Shown here: piece after piece, positions 25,244 to 37,899 of the stretch
How positions within the stretch are numbered: position 1 is the first letter of the stretch
Layout: each line of letters opens with the position of its first letter
DNA from: Vitrella brassicaformis CCMP3155
Lineage: Eukaryota; Protista; Chromerida
Direction of reading: 5' to 3'
NCBI GenBank assembly: GCA_001179505.1
Contig: CDMY01000581.1
Location: forward strand, 1 to 64,000
DNA: 64,000 bases
Translations under genes and position numbers: made by a program
The notes under the pieces: generated by a model
Told to the model about the DNA's origin: nothing
The model's database searches: none
The model's input: only the letters and a program-made list of their open reading frames with translations

Positions 25244-26329
25244 TCAGGCAACGGGTATTTTTTGTCCCATGATGAAGTCGACGTGTTCCTTCCACTCCTC
25301 CATCTTCCACGCCGACGAGATGCTGCTGTCGACGATGCCGTTGACCATGAAGGACGGCGTCACGTGGATCCCGTTCTGACGACCGTACTTGCTGCACACA
25401 ACACAACACAACACAACACAACGCATAGATAGATGAACATCAAGGCCACACACAATACAGAGGGCGTTGCGTACGTGTGGAACTTAATCTCCTGCATGAC
25501 GTCACTGTGGTCGGCGCTCGCCAATGTCATCTTGGGGTGGAAACGATCTGACAGAGAGACACACACAGCCACATGGGTCCAGTCAGTCGGATCGTTTCCA
25601 CGTTGCTGTGGGTCCGTGACTGACCTTCCGGCACGCCCAGTGAGGTGGCAATGGGCGTGATGTCCTTGAGAAAGTCGGCGTACGACATGTCGGCCACAAA
25701 CTGATCCGTCAACTCAGCTGAGCCATCCCATCATGCAGACAGACGCACACACACATAGCATACAACATACCAACAGCCATCCATCAGCGACAGAAGAGCC
25801 TACCCCTCTTGTTGAATAAGTTCGTCAGGAACTCGAAGTACTTGTCCGGCGACACCTGCAATCACTCACAGACAGGCAGACACACAGATGACACGCAGAT
25901 GGATGGACAGCCGGCCGGCCGCACATCCCGATGAGCGCATCTACCTGTTTGACTGAGATGGCAGCCATGTTGGCCATGCTTGATTGAAAGTGCCAGGGCT
26001 GACAGTAGTGGTAGACGGTGATCTTGACCGAACCCTTCACCTCCGGCCAGATCTCACTGATCCACGACTTCCAGAATTTCTCACTGAACGGACACCTGCA
26101 CACGCACACACACACACACAATGAAGCACACACACAACACAATGAATCACGTTGTCCCTTCCTTCCTTTCGAGCTGCATGCGCGCCTCCCTGCATGTGAC
26201 TAACGGTGTCCGTGTGATGTGGTGCGCGTGTCATGGCGCGTACATCATGTCGAGGAAGCACTCAATATGGATGCAACCGTGGCCCATGGTTGAGGCCCAT
26301 CCCTGTGTTCTCGGCGAGGGAGGCGGCAT
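25244..26329 (-). CDS. DsbA/thioredoxin-fold protein with a single active-site Cys
   Basis: Spliced sequence IECFLDMM|CPFSEKFW, QPWHFQS, KYGRQNGIHVTPSFMVNG (cis-Pro loop), WKMEEWKEHVD. Confidence 0.85.
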
Positions 26330-26439
26330 CCTTCACACCAATACAACCTACGAGAGAGACCCAAAACGGTATTCAGAATCGATCGGCGACTTTTCTTCGG
26401 CGACTGGTCTTCCGTAGTGTGCGTGTGTGTCGTGTGGTG

Positions 26440-26489
26440 TGATTCGGTGCTGCCTTTTCTCTGTGCGATGATTCGGTGCTGCCTTTTCT
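26440..26489. repeat. 21-bp direct repeat in the divergent intergenic region
   Basis: TGATTCGGTGCTGCCTTTTCT at 26440-26460 and 26469-26489, with a partial third TGATTC at about 26493. Confidence 0.85.
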
Positions 26490-26749
26490 TAGTGATTCCA
26501 CCTGCAATTTGCTTTCTTGCCTGCGTGAATGGATGGCCTTGATACACGGTAGACTGGAGATATATACTGGAGATCAGACGCTCTGGTCGCTTTCCGTCGT
26601 CAGCGTAAAAGGGGAGATCGCGAGCTTGGAAAAGTCGAGCCATCAAATAGCTCACGTTATGGCACAGGGGGAGGCCTTCGTGGACGATATGGAATAGCAC
26701 GAGTGCAGATCTTGAAGAACAAAGAACGCTTTCGGCCCGTCTTTGAGTG

Positions 26750-28865
26750 ATGCAGAGCCAGGTGCCTGCTGAGAGCGCTCATCACTTCCAAGAGGTGGGC
26801 AGAGGCTGCTCAGACGATGGCAGATGGAAAAGTGCCACATCAATTTCGTTGTTTGTGTTGTGCCTGCCTCAATGCGGATACGCGCAGCTGGTTGAGAGGG
26901 GCACCCGTGATATAGAGGAGCTGGAGCGGCTCAGGAAGGAGCACTCTGACGTCGACAAGCTCCTCGGTAAACTGCATGCACTCACTCAGAATGTCTGTAA
27001 TCGATCGATGAATGGATGGATGGTGTGTGTCGTGTAGAGGAGCTCCCGACCACCCTCCGCAGAGAGGCGATGGTGAGAGGCCGACCGACCAGCAGTGCAC
27101 ACATAACACCTACCTGTGCCATGTCGGTTGTTTGTTGTTGCGGGGTGGGTTGGTCCGGTTGGTTCAGGTTCCGTTTGGCGAGGGTGCGTTCTTCGTGGGC
27201 GAGTTGGTGCACACCAACGAGGTCATGTGCCACGTCGGCGACCGCTACTACATACACAGGACGGCACCCAACGCACGCAGGATGCTTCAAAGGAGAATCG
27301 GTGGTACGATGGATACGACCGCACACACTCAGACGCCGAAATCAATACACACGCATCCGCACTATACGTATGTATCAAGGAAGAGAGAGCCGTGTCTGTC
27401 TGTCTGTCTGTGTGGGCTGGTTGATCGATCAGAGATAGACAGTAAGCTCGAGAATCTGCGCAAGAGCGTGACGATGGCCAAGGAGGCCGTCCGCATCGCA
27501 CGGACAGAGCCAATACTCCCAAGGGGCAAGAAGGGAGTCATCACGCTGGTAGGTGGGATGTGATCACACAGCCAGCCACAGTAAATAATACAGACAGCCG
27601 TAGCCAGGATGCCTATTGTGTGTGTGCAGGCGGACGATGGGACGGTGGCGATCCGCGAGCGTCCGAGTGAGAAGGACGAGGACATCGCCGACCGATTTGA
27701 GAAACGTGCGCAGGACGACCAATGGGACTACATGCCCAGGAACTTCTTCAAACCCCTCGTCAAGACCACCGCTGCGGCACCGGGCGGCAAGGCCAAGGCC
27801 AAGGACAAGGACAGAGACAAGGAGAGTGGCAGGAGGGGCAAGGGTGCTGACGACAAGAAAAAGGTGGTGACCAAGGGCAAGAAGGCCCCCAAGCGACACG
27901 AGGACTACTACAAGGCCTTCCCCAACGTCCCCCCTGCCATGATCGAGCTCATGAGAAAGGAGGACGCCCAGGGTGTGTCCGACGATGAGGCAGCGGAGAG
28001 CGAGGAGGACAACAAGGCGGTGGAGCCCTTCATGGACGCCATCGAGAAGGTGCGCGCCAAGCAGAAGGCTGCTGAGGCTGCCAAAACCAACGGTGCGGCG
28101 CCGGCGGCGGCATCAGGTGGTGACGAGACAGTTCAGGAGGTGCCGATAGAGGTTGAGGAGTCAGAGGAGTCTGATCAGGAGGGGGCTGGGCCGCCTCTGC
28201 CATTCCTCCTGAAGCCTTCACCGGGGGAGCAGCAGCAGCTACAGCAGCAGCAGCAGCCTCCATCGGGTCCATCAGCCCCGTCAGCACCAGCACCGGCCGA
28301 GCCGCCGAGGCCACGTTGGGCAGAGGAGCCTGTTGCAGCCCCTCAGGCCGCAGCCAAGGGAGACAAGGAAGACACATCCAAAGACATCTACAAGTGGGTG
28401 GAGCGGCAAAACACACACATAACACATACATATGTTGCGCCATATTTGATTGACGATGGATGGATGCACCTTGGTATTCTGCCCATCAGGTTGATGGGCC
28501 AGTCTCTCGCCCGCACAGGCAAAAAGGGCACGAAATCTGGTGCTGCGACAGCACCAACACCAGTACCCCGGAGCGAGAAGCCCTTCCCCGCCCCTCCCCC
28601 GGCCATGCCCCCCATTGCCGAGGATGCACCAGGCACCAGTGAGGCCTTCTCGGGCCGCATCATCGAAAGGATCACTCCCCAACAGGCCGAGGTCCGCCGT
28701 GGGATGGTGGCAGAGAGAATGGGAGGCTCGTCGCCGTCGTCGTCTGCTGCTGCTGCCGCTGGTGCTGGTGCTGGTGGAGGTGCAGCCGAGAGGCCTGTTC
28801 GTGTGTCGCGGTTCAAGCAGCAGAAGATGGCAGAGAGAGAAGCGGCTGCGCGGGGGGACAGGTAG
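26750..28865 (+). CDS. URI1: Unconventional prefoldin RPB5 interactor (URI1/Bud27-like), prefoldin-alpha domain with a long acidic/Pro-rich tail
   Basis: VPFGEGAFFVGELVHTNEVMCHVGDRYYIHRTAPNARRMLQRRI prefoldin hairpin. C-terminal RVSRFKQQK matches the URI/Bud27 tail motif. Confidence 0.82.
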
Positions 28866-29528
28866 GGAATGCATTAATGGATTGGCTGATTGGTCGGTCG
28901 AGCGTTGGGCGGACTGATTGGATTGATGGCTTTGTGACGTACTTAATGCACTCACTTCCGCATTTGCGCATGTGTGTATGTATTGGTGAAGAGAGTGAGT
29001 GAGGGCTTGAATCGGACAAAGGTATTTGTTGTATGTGTTGTGGTTGGTCCCGGGGATGGGGTGGCACGGCGTGTTTCCTCTATATATAGTGGGAGTTGTG
29101 ACGTCCCTGCCGCTGCCCAGTATTCTGTGCAGTGTCTGTCAGACTGTGCAGTGTCTGTCAGGCAAGTCACATCCCCTTGACGAGAGGAACCCGTGCAGCC
29201 TAACTTACTCTTCGTTGATCCATGTGCATTCATCCATCAATCCATCGATCAATTATGCAGGCAGCGCAGGCAAAGAAGCATCCATCATATGTTATGGTCA
29301 CTGTGTTCCCCCTATTGATATGCATGGACCCATGCGCCTGCTCACACGGACATGCAGACGTCGGTCGCCACACACACGCACAACGCACACGCGTCCTCAC
29401 TGACGAGCTGGCGTCACCACTGTCAGTCATGTCATTGTCTGTCAATATCTCGTGAGTGAGTATCCACACACAATTGATAGATATCACACACACACGGCTC
29501 GGCTCCACGCCGACCACCATCTATCTAT

Positions 29529-32063
29529 CTATCGCTGCAGAGGCTGGCCCCACGAGTAGCCAAGGGTGCGTGTCATGACCACACGAGATATCGGGGGTCG
29601 CCAAGGCAACGCTTGCGTGTGTGGGGCGTGGTAAAATAGCACCTGTGGCGGCTGTGTCATGACACAACCACCACCACCGCCACCACCACCAGAAGGCCCC
29701 CTGTGTGTCTGCTCTGGTGAGTGTCCACCACACAGCTGTGGCGCCCTGTACACCACCATGGGTGACGCATACGTGGCCGGATAGTGGGGAGCCTTTGCAA
29801 TCGGGATGGCATGTGTCGACGCAGATGGGTTGAGCGTGGGCTTTGTTGACGGGAGGGCCATATAGGACGGCGACGGGGCCATGGTGAGAGCCGACGTGCC
29901 AGCGACAGTGGACATGCCATGAGGCGCACGAGAAGGGCGCGAAGAAGACGGGGCGATCGGGGGCCGGCGGAAGGCGGTCGCCGGCATACGGCAGCCACTG
30001 GCAGCTGCTTTGTGGACATGGACGTTGGTGGTGGGGCCGCTCGTCGTGGTTGCTGCGGCGGTTTCCGCCGTTGAGGTGGTGGCAGGGCTGGTGCTGTCCT
30101 CGACCAGCTCATAGTGTGAGTCGATGCATGCGAGGACGCTGAGGTGGTGCCAGTCGAGGGGCTTTCTGGGACCGCCCTTGCTGTGCACATGGGCCTGCAG
30201 GTGGTCGAATGCCCTCTGCAGGGCTTGTGCCTTGGCCTCCCATGAGCCATAGCAGTGCACCAGCTGAGTCAAATACCTGACATAGATCGAACAGCGGGGC
30301 ACACCGAGACGTGGTCATGTTTGTGTGTCAGTCAGTGTATGTATGCAGTCGTGCATGCTGACCGACCGACCGGTTGGCGAGTGTGAGGAAGTCGTCTGCC
30401 TGTCTGGCCAGCAGGGCCACCCTCATGAGCTCCCCCGCCCACGGCGCGGCTGCCACAGCTGTCACATCAGGACACCGCGACTGCACCAAACACACGGCAA
30501 ATCTTACCCTTAACCACCACCACCACGGCAAACACCATACACACACACTTCCCTCTCTCTGCTCTGCATCTGTCTGTATGTCACCCTACCTGGACGAAGT
30601 CAAACATGACCTTGCCGCTGTCCATGGCCTGCGTCACCCAGGTCTTCCTCTGCGGGTGGGGCCCACACAGTGTCGGCACTTTCTTCTCGTAATACACACG
30701 CCGGCCCTGCCGCTCACCCAGCCCACCCTCCTCCCAGAACAGCACGCGGGCCTTTTTGATGGTGTCGCTGAAGGACAGCCCCGCGAAGAGGCGGGAGATG
30801 AGGTGGTGGGCGGCGGCGTACAGCCAGTGCTGCCGCCCGACGATGAGGATGATCTCGTTGACGAAGTACGACACGGCACTCCGCCACGTGTTGACGTCGG
30901 GCTCGATGAAGGTGTCCTTGAGCGCCTCAAACTTCCTCTCGAGCCGGCGTTCGAGATCGAGGAGCTTGTGCAGCTCATCTCCCTCACGCACGTGGCCGCA
31001 CTCATCGCACCTCCACTGCCACTCGCCCGGCTCGTCGGGCCCGCTTGACTGCGATATGCGTGTGGGCGTGACGGCTGCGGTGCATTTGGGGCAGGGGAAT
31101 GCCCTTGAGGGGTCGGTGGGCCGTTGGCATCGCTCGCAGAGGCACCAGAAGCCCTTGACCTTCATGAGTCGTCTTTGCCTGTAGGGGGTGCTGGCGTAGA
31201 GGCAGTCGATGTAGGACATGTGGAGAGACTCGCCCGCACTGACACACAGACAGACAGACAAACAGACAAACAGGCCAGGCCAAACACGGAGTGGATATGG
31301 TCATGGCTGACTCATTGAGCTCGCTGCTTGTCTGTCTGTCTGTCTGTCTGTCTGTCAGCATGGATGTGTGTTGTGTATGCATTCACCTACCGTACCGGAG
31401 TTTCCGTAGGGTGGTGTAGACGAGATCCCCGTCGACGTTGCGATAGCCAACATTCGGACTACACGAGTGGTTGGCCAGCTTGCCCTTCCTGCATCCATCC
31501 AATGCAATCAATGCACACGCCGAATGTAGTGATTGGACTGACACACAAATGCGGCCGTCTTAACCGTCCTCACCTGTAGAGACCCCAGCCCTCTTGCACC
31601 GGCTTGCGTGAAGGCGCCCCAGGGAACAGCCTCAGCAGCACATGGGGAGGCACCGCGTGGCCATTGACCTTCATCAGCGCATAGAACCTCTCGAAGTCTC
31701 GCCCCTCCTCCTCGCTCATCTCCAGCCGCCTCGCCACCCGCTGGCACTGGTCCCTCGCGGCACTGTCGAGCACATTCGTCTCCTGGATGAACTCGTCCAG
31801 CACCGCATGCTTGGCTGGCGTGAGGGAGCGAAAGGTGTGCACCACGTCGACGAGCTCAAGGCCACAGGCAGCCACCTGATGATCATGGTCCATTCATTCA
31901 TGCTGTGGGCTGGCTGCACCTGCAGCTGCGTGTGTGGGTCACTTACGGGGTGGTCTCTGAGGACGATTTGCCCTTCTTCGACGTCCTGCAGTGCGTAGAC
32001 CTCCTCGCCACCAAAGGCATCGGCACGCACGCCGCACATGTCAACCGAGGACGCGCCGTTCAT
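29529..32063 (-). CDS. SMYD-type SET-domain lysine methyltransferase
   Basis: LANHSCSPNV, AGESLHMSYID, post-SET KGFWCLCERC, extra CPKC and RCDECG Zn ligands, a TPR-like helical region and a low-complexity C-terminus. Confidence 0.85.
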
Positions 32064-32839
32064 CATTGTGTGATTCATCTGGTGACGGTAATCAAACGGC
32101 TCAATCCCCCATATATCGTCACAAGGGCCAGCCTAAATCGTCTTTCTGCGAGCTCAGAAAGCATGCGAATGGATCGCCTGAGGACGACGTTTCCCACATT
32201 TGATTGGGATTTCCCATTGAGATGCCCCTTGTCCACAAATCTGCCAGCACGCATTGCAGATCCAACAAATTGCACGCTGAGAACTGCTGAGGTGACTCTC
32301 CCCTTCCTCCCTCCCGCCTGCCTCTCCCCTCCCTCCCCCCATACTCCCACTCATCTCACAGCATTTGCACTCAAGAAACACACGCAAGAAAGTGGATGGG
32401 CCCTCTACCTACATGGGGATCGAAAACTGGGACCTAAGACACACACATGATGTATGTGATGTGATGGCATTGATTGCATGGAAGAGGCACATGCACATGC
32501 AGAGCCAGGCAGCCGTCTCTCTCTTTGTGGGGTGGGTGGTGGTCTGGTCTGTTCGTGACCTGATTTGCAGGTCATCCCAGCTGCCAGGCCACACCCCACA
32601 CACAACCAACGAAGACTGGCACTCATACACACGTGTGCGCATCGATCACACAGCCAGCCTTTTGAAAACAGACACAGCCACGCAGCCACGCACCCCCCAG
32701 CGCGCCATGCATAGTGCATAAAGGGTGGGTGGAACAATGCTGACCTGACCCCTCTTCGTTCAACAAACCACCGCACACACACAGACACAGACACAGACCC
32801 AGACCCGGACACGGACACACAGACCTGCATACGTATACG

Positions 32840-35800
32840 TCACACGACGGCCCTCGACGAGACGCTTCGTGGTATCTCTTGCTCCTCAAGCAGTGCGAGC
32901 AGTGTGGTGCCAGGGCCGTCCCTCGACTTGCGCTTGTTGAGGACGGGGCTGCTGGCCCCGCCAGGCGGCAGGACGACCTGTGTGGACGCTATGTGTGTGT
33001 GGGCGGTGATCTCAAATAGACAGCTGTCGCCGTCAAACTCCAACTTGATCGGCAGACCACAGTTGAGCAGCGCCTGCACATGCAACACATACATATTCAC
33101 AGGCACACACATGTCTACAGCCAACGTGTTATGTGTGTGTACCTTCCCGCTGATTTCGATGGTAGGCTTGCCGAACTGGTAGACGGGCCGGTGGGGGTCC
33201 TCCGCAAACTGAACAGACGTTATGCGCCTGGCATACAGACACACAAAGGACAAAGGACAAAGGACAAAGGACAAAGCAAACAAAGTGCCTCTCCACCCGC
33301 CCCTATTCAGACACGTGTGCACGCCCCACCCACCCATCTACCTGATGGTGGTGGGCACCAGCTCACTGACGGTATACTTCTCATCAGGGTCAAGACCACG
33401 CAACTAAAGGACACACACACACACACACACACACTCTGTGTCTGGGAAGGGCGTGTGTGAGGGGGCTCGCTTCACTCACTCACCCTGAGGCGTGGTAGGT
33501 ATCGTCCCGGGCTCTTCTTGAAGGATATGAATGCGAAGACGAGTGCCTTGAGTCGGTCGGGGGTCACAAACATCCACGCAGCCACACTGCTGGAGCTGTC
33601 GAAGGGGTTCCACAGCCGATAGAAATCTATGGAGACCACAGATGACATGACACAGAGAGAGACACATGACTTGACATGTGCGGGCCCGGCCGCTGGCTGA
33701 CGTACCTCCCTGGAAGATGATGGGCGCCAGCCTGGTCCTCAGCCGATTCATCGCCTTCAACTGCTCCTTCTGCCATCCCAAACACACCACATCACACACA
33801 TAGTCATTATGACACTCGCACAGCACATGCCTTGTGCGTGCGTCGATCCATCCATGGGATGCGATGCGATCACAACTGACTGACCTCTACGGCACTGATC
33901 TCTTTGGTGAGGTCGAGCTCGTACCCAAACGTGCCACACAAGGCAACCACAAAGCGGGTCTTGAGCGGCGTGTGACGAAACGTCTGGAGAGACAGACCAA
34001 CACACAGAGCACACACACGCATTCGGCCTCTCTCTCTCTTTATCTCTCTCCCTGTCCGCTTTCAGGTGAGTGTTACATTAGTTACCTGGTGGTTTGGCAC
34101 GGTGGACACGTGTGAGCCGATGGCTGATATGGGGTAAGCAAGGCTGGTGCCGTACTGGATGCGGATGCGCGAGAGTGCGTCGGTGTTGTCGCTGCACCAT
34201 ATCTGCGGGGAGTACTTGAGCATCGCCACGTCGAACCGACCACCACCACCCGCACAGTTCTCGATGATGACGTGGGGGAACCGTGCACGCAGCATCCGGA
34301 ACACCTCATACACGCCCAACACATACCGGTGAAACACCTCACCCTGACAGAACAGATAGATCCATGCATTCATTGACAGACAGACAGACCCCACACACGC
34401 ATTGTGTGTGGGTGGGGGTGGGTGGTAGGGTACCTACCTGTTTGGCGGGTGAAAGCTGCCTTGAGTAGACTTCGGTGAGGTGTCTGTTGCAGTCCCACTT
34501 GACGTACTCGATGTTGGCGCTCATCAGTATCGCCTCCAGCTTCCGATAGATATAGTCACGAACCTACCCACCCACACACACACACCACACACACAGATGG
34601 GTGTGTGTGAGCGGGTGGATGGCGCTGTGCTGTGCTGCCCCAAGCGTACGTACGTCTTTGCGCGTGAAGTCGAGCACGAGTTGGTTCCTCCCCTCTGACC
34701 GCGACTTGCCGGCCTGCCCCAGTGCCCACTCAGGTTTGGCCTCGTACAGTTTGCTCTGCACCGATATCATCTCGGGCTCCACCCAGATGCCGAACTTGAG
34801 ACCCAAACCATTCACCTCGTCCACCAACGCCTTCAGACCTATGTAACACAAACCGACAAAGAGAGAAAGAGAGAGCATTGATGCGTCGGTTATGTGTGGG
34901 TGGCGGACCTTTTGGGAGTTTCCTGAAGTCGACATCCCAGTCGCCGAGTGAGGTGTACTCGTCGTCACGCCTGCCGAACCAGCCGTCGTCGACCACTAGC
35001 AGCTCCACGCCAATCCTGACACACACACACACACACACACATGGATATCTTCCAGTGTGGTGGTGTGTGGTGTGGTGTGGGTCTCACTGACTCTTTGGCT
35101 TCTTTGGCGATCTGCATGATGTTGTCGTGCGTCTGCTGGAAGTAAAAGGCCTCCCTGTGTGACCGACCGATGCATCATTCATTCAGACACACACCTTGTG
35201 TCTGTCTGTCTTTCTGTCTGTATGTGTGTGTGTGTGTGTGTGTTGTGTGTTGTGTGTGGCTGACCATGTGTTGAGCAGTATCGGGCAGACCCAGTTGCCC
35301 CTGAACTCCTGAGGGATGACATGTGTCCGAATCAGCTTGTGCAGCTGCTGGCTCATGTACGTCAGACCTACACAGAACAACACAACACCACACCACACCA
35401 CACAATCAGACACACAACACAACATCCATCCCATTCAATCTGTCCTGTCTCTGGTTGCCTGACCGTCGCTGGAGTAGGCCATGATGCATTCAGGCGACTC
35501 GAGTGAGCCGCCGGACGCCAGTGACCATGAGAAATGGTCAGGGTTGATGCCGATGTTCAACCGCACCCTCCCCGTCTCGGTCTTCTCGACCTCTATGCGG
35601 TGGTTGCCGCTGTACATGAGGGCAAACCCATAGACCTCGCCCCTGTCCTCTTCGGGCGGCGTGTCGCCCCTCGCTATGACGGCGAACGGGTTGTGCTGGT
35701 GGCTCGACGTCCCCCGACGGCTGTCCACACCTCGGTAGCCCTCCACTATCGGCTGAACAGTCACCTGCCTGATACACACACACAGAGAAAGAGAGAGAGA

Positions 35801-37746
35801 GAGAGTGCGTGTGTCTTTGCCCGGCTGTGTGTCTGGTATAGACACCTTTCGGCAGCCCATTCCCCTGGGAGGTGCAGGAAGTGGTATGCGTCTGACTCGA
35901 AGTCGACGGTGGCTGAGGCAAGTTTGAGCACCGTCACGCCGCCCGCACCACGGGGGGCCTTGTTGCGGATAACGGTGCGGCGAACGATGATGTCGAAGTC
36001 CTGTCAGACAGATGATGGATGGACCATGAATCGATGCATGGGCTGTGTTGTGTCTGTGGCGTGGGGCTGGATTTGTGTTTCACCCACCCACTCACGCACT
36101 CACCTCATACACTGTGTAGTGCAAATCGACCTCGAGGTCAGTGAACGGGTCAGCCAGGGTCACGATCAGCGTCGCCGCATCCGTCTACACACACATACAC
36201 ACGCCCCTCCATCCATCCATCCATCAGCGAACGGTCGCATCTACCTACCTGCACGGAGAATTCGTCTCCGACGATGGGCATTCCGCATCCCATGGGCACC
36301 ACCCCCAGCATCACACGGTGGGTCTTGTACAGCATGGGCGATATGTGGCTCCCGTCAGCATACATGACCCGAAAACTGGGAATGCGGTAATCACCCGTAC
36401 CTGCACACACACACACACACACACACACGCAGACACACACACACAGAGAGAGAGAGAGAGAGTCCCTGTGTGTCTGTGTCGGCCAGCCCAGGAGGAATCA
36501 CCAACCATAATCGGAAAACTCGAGCAACTTGGTGTTGCGTCCGACCCTCTCCAGCCCAGGAGGAATCCGCGACATGGAGGTCTGTTCCTCCCCCTGCTGC
36601 TTGACCGCCCCCGGCTCCCTGACCTCCCAGGCGTCCTTCTTGGCCGAGGCCGCCTTGAGCCGCGTGTCGGCGATGTCGTTCATGAGCTTGGCCACCGCCT
36701 CCTCAAAGAGCAAGGCGCGCTCGTCCTCTGTCATGGGGATGAAGGCCGTGGTGTTCATCTGGGGCCCCTCGCCCTCGGCCATCTCCCGCTCCCTTAGCAA
36801 CCGCCGCTGCTTCATCGCCAGCAGACGCCAACAGGCGTTCTCAAGACGGCTGAATGAATGAGTGAACGACATACATGGGGTGGACAGACAGATATCGGTG
36901 GATGGATCGGTGGATGGATGGTGTGCCGAGTCTGTGTGTCTGTGTGTCTGTGTGTGTGTGCGTGCGCGTGTGTAGGTACCTGGCTTCTTCATTGTAGTGG
37001 TGCCTCTGCATCATGGTGGCGGCCTTCCATGTGTTCCGGTTGCTGTCGCGCGATTGACGCTGTGCAACAGACAGACAGACAGACAGACAGACAGGTACTC
37101 ATCCCTGGCTGTACAGTGCACTGACTGCATCTGGGTGGGTGCGGTGACCGCACCTTGAGTATGTCGGACACGACGAATATGTGCGGTTTGAAGGTCTCTG
37201 CCTTCTCCGGGATGGGGTCGAAGGGCAGCGATATGTTGGTGTGCCGCAGGAAATCCAAATCATCGTCGGGCTGCAGACGCACACCCCAATACAGATGCTC
37301 CAGCCACCTGCACCAACCGATGAATGCATCACACACGCACACACACACGAGGCCACACACGAGTCCACGATTTCGTGTGCATGGTGTGGTGTTTGTCATT
37401 GTGCACCCGTGTTCGTCGACTCTGAATGAGTACTGGCAAGTGCGGCAGAGGAGGTCAAACCGCCGCTGCTGCGCATTGAAATGCACCGAACGAAACGACT
37501 GAAGCTGCGAACGACCCGGCCTGCAACCAACCAACCAATCAACCAATCAATGAGCCAATGAACCAATCAATTGATGACACACACAGTCGGCGCAGCAAAG
37601 CGCAGCGCACATCCACACGCGAATGCATCTTCTGACTGCTTATGTGCACGGGTGTGTGTGAGATGCATGACTTGACTCACTGACCCGAGAGAACTGAAGC
37701 TGTTGCTTCTGTATAAGGAGTTCGCATTATCGCCGCGATGACCCAT
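32840..37746 (-). CDS. Glycoside hydrolase family 36 alpha-galactosidase with a large N-terminal insertion
   Basis: EFSDYG|[31 protein letters not shown]|[33 protein letters not shown] (nucleophile Asp), [21 protein letters not shown] (acid/base Asp), GTFGYELDL. Confidence 0.96.
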
Positions 37747-37899
37747 CACGACAACAAAACAGCTCAGATCTTGGTCTCAAATGGCGAGCTTGAGGCTAAG
37801 CTCGCAAATTTGAGTGGGCGTTCGTTCGTTGTGTGAGTAACGGGCCAGATCCCTTTCCAGATGTCAAGATCTCCGGTTGATCTTTTCTGATTCCGTCCG

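Noticed and set aside
26090-26250. Possible selenocysteine at the DsbA-like active site
   Set aside because: The spliced junction AT|G TGT CCG gives Met-Cys-Pro, so there is no in-frame TGA.
32075-32350. AT-richer, microsatellite-free stretch with small hairpins upstream of the SMYD gene, considered as an snRNA/ncRNA
   Set aside because: I could not match it to U1, U2, U4, U5, U6, SRP or tRNA signatures. It is most simply a 5' UTR or promoter; an Infernal/Rfam scan would settle it.
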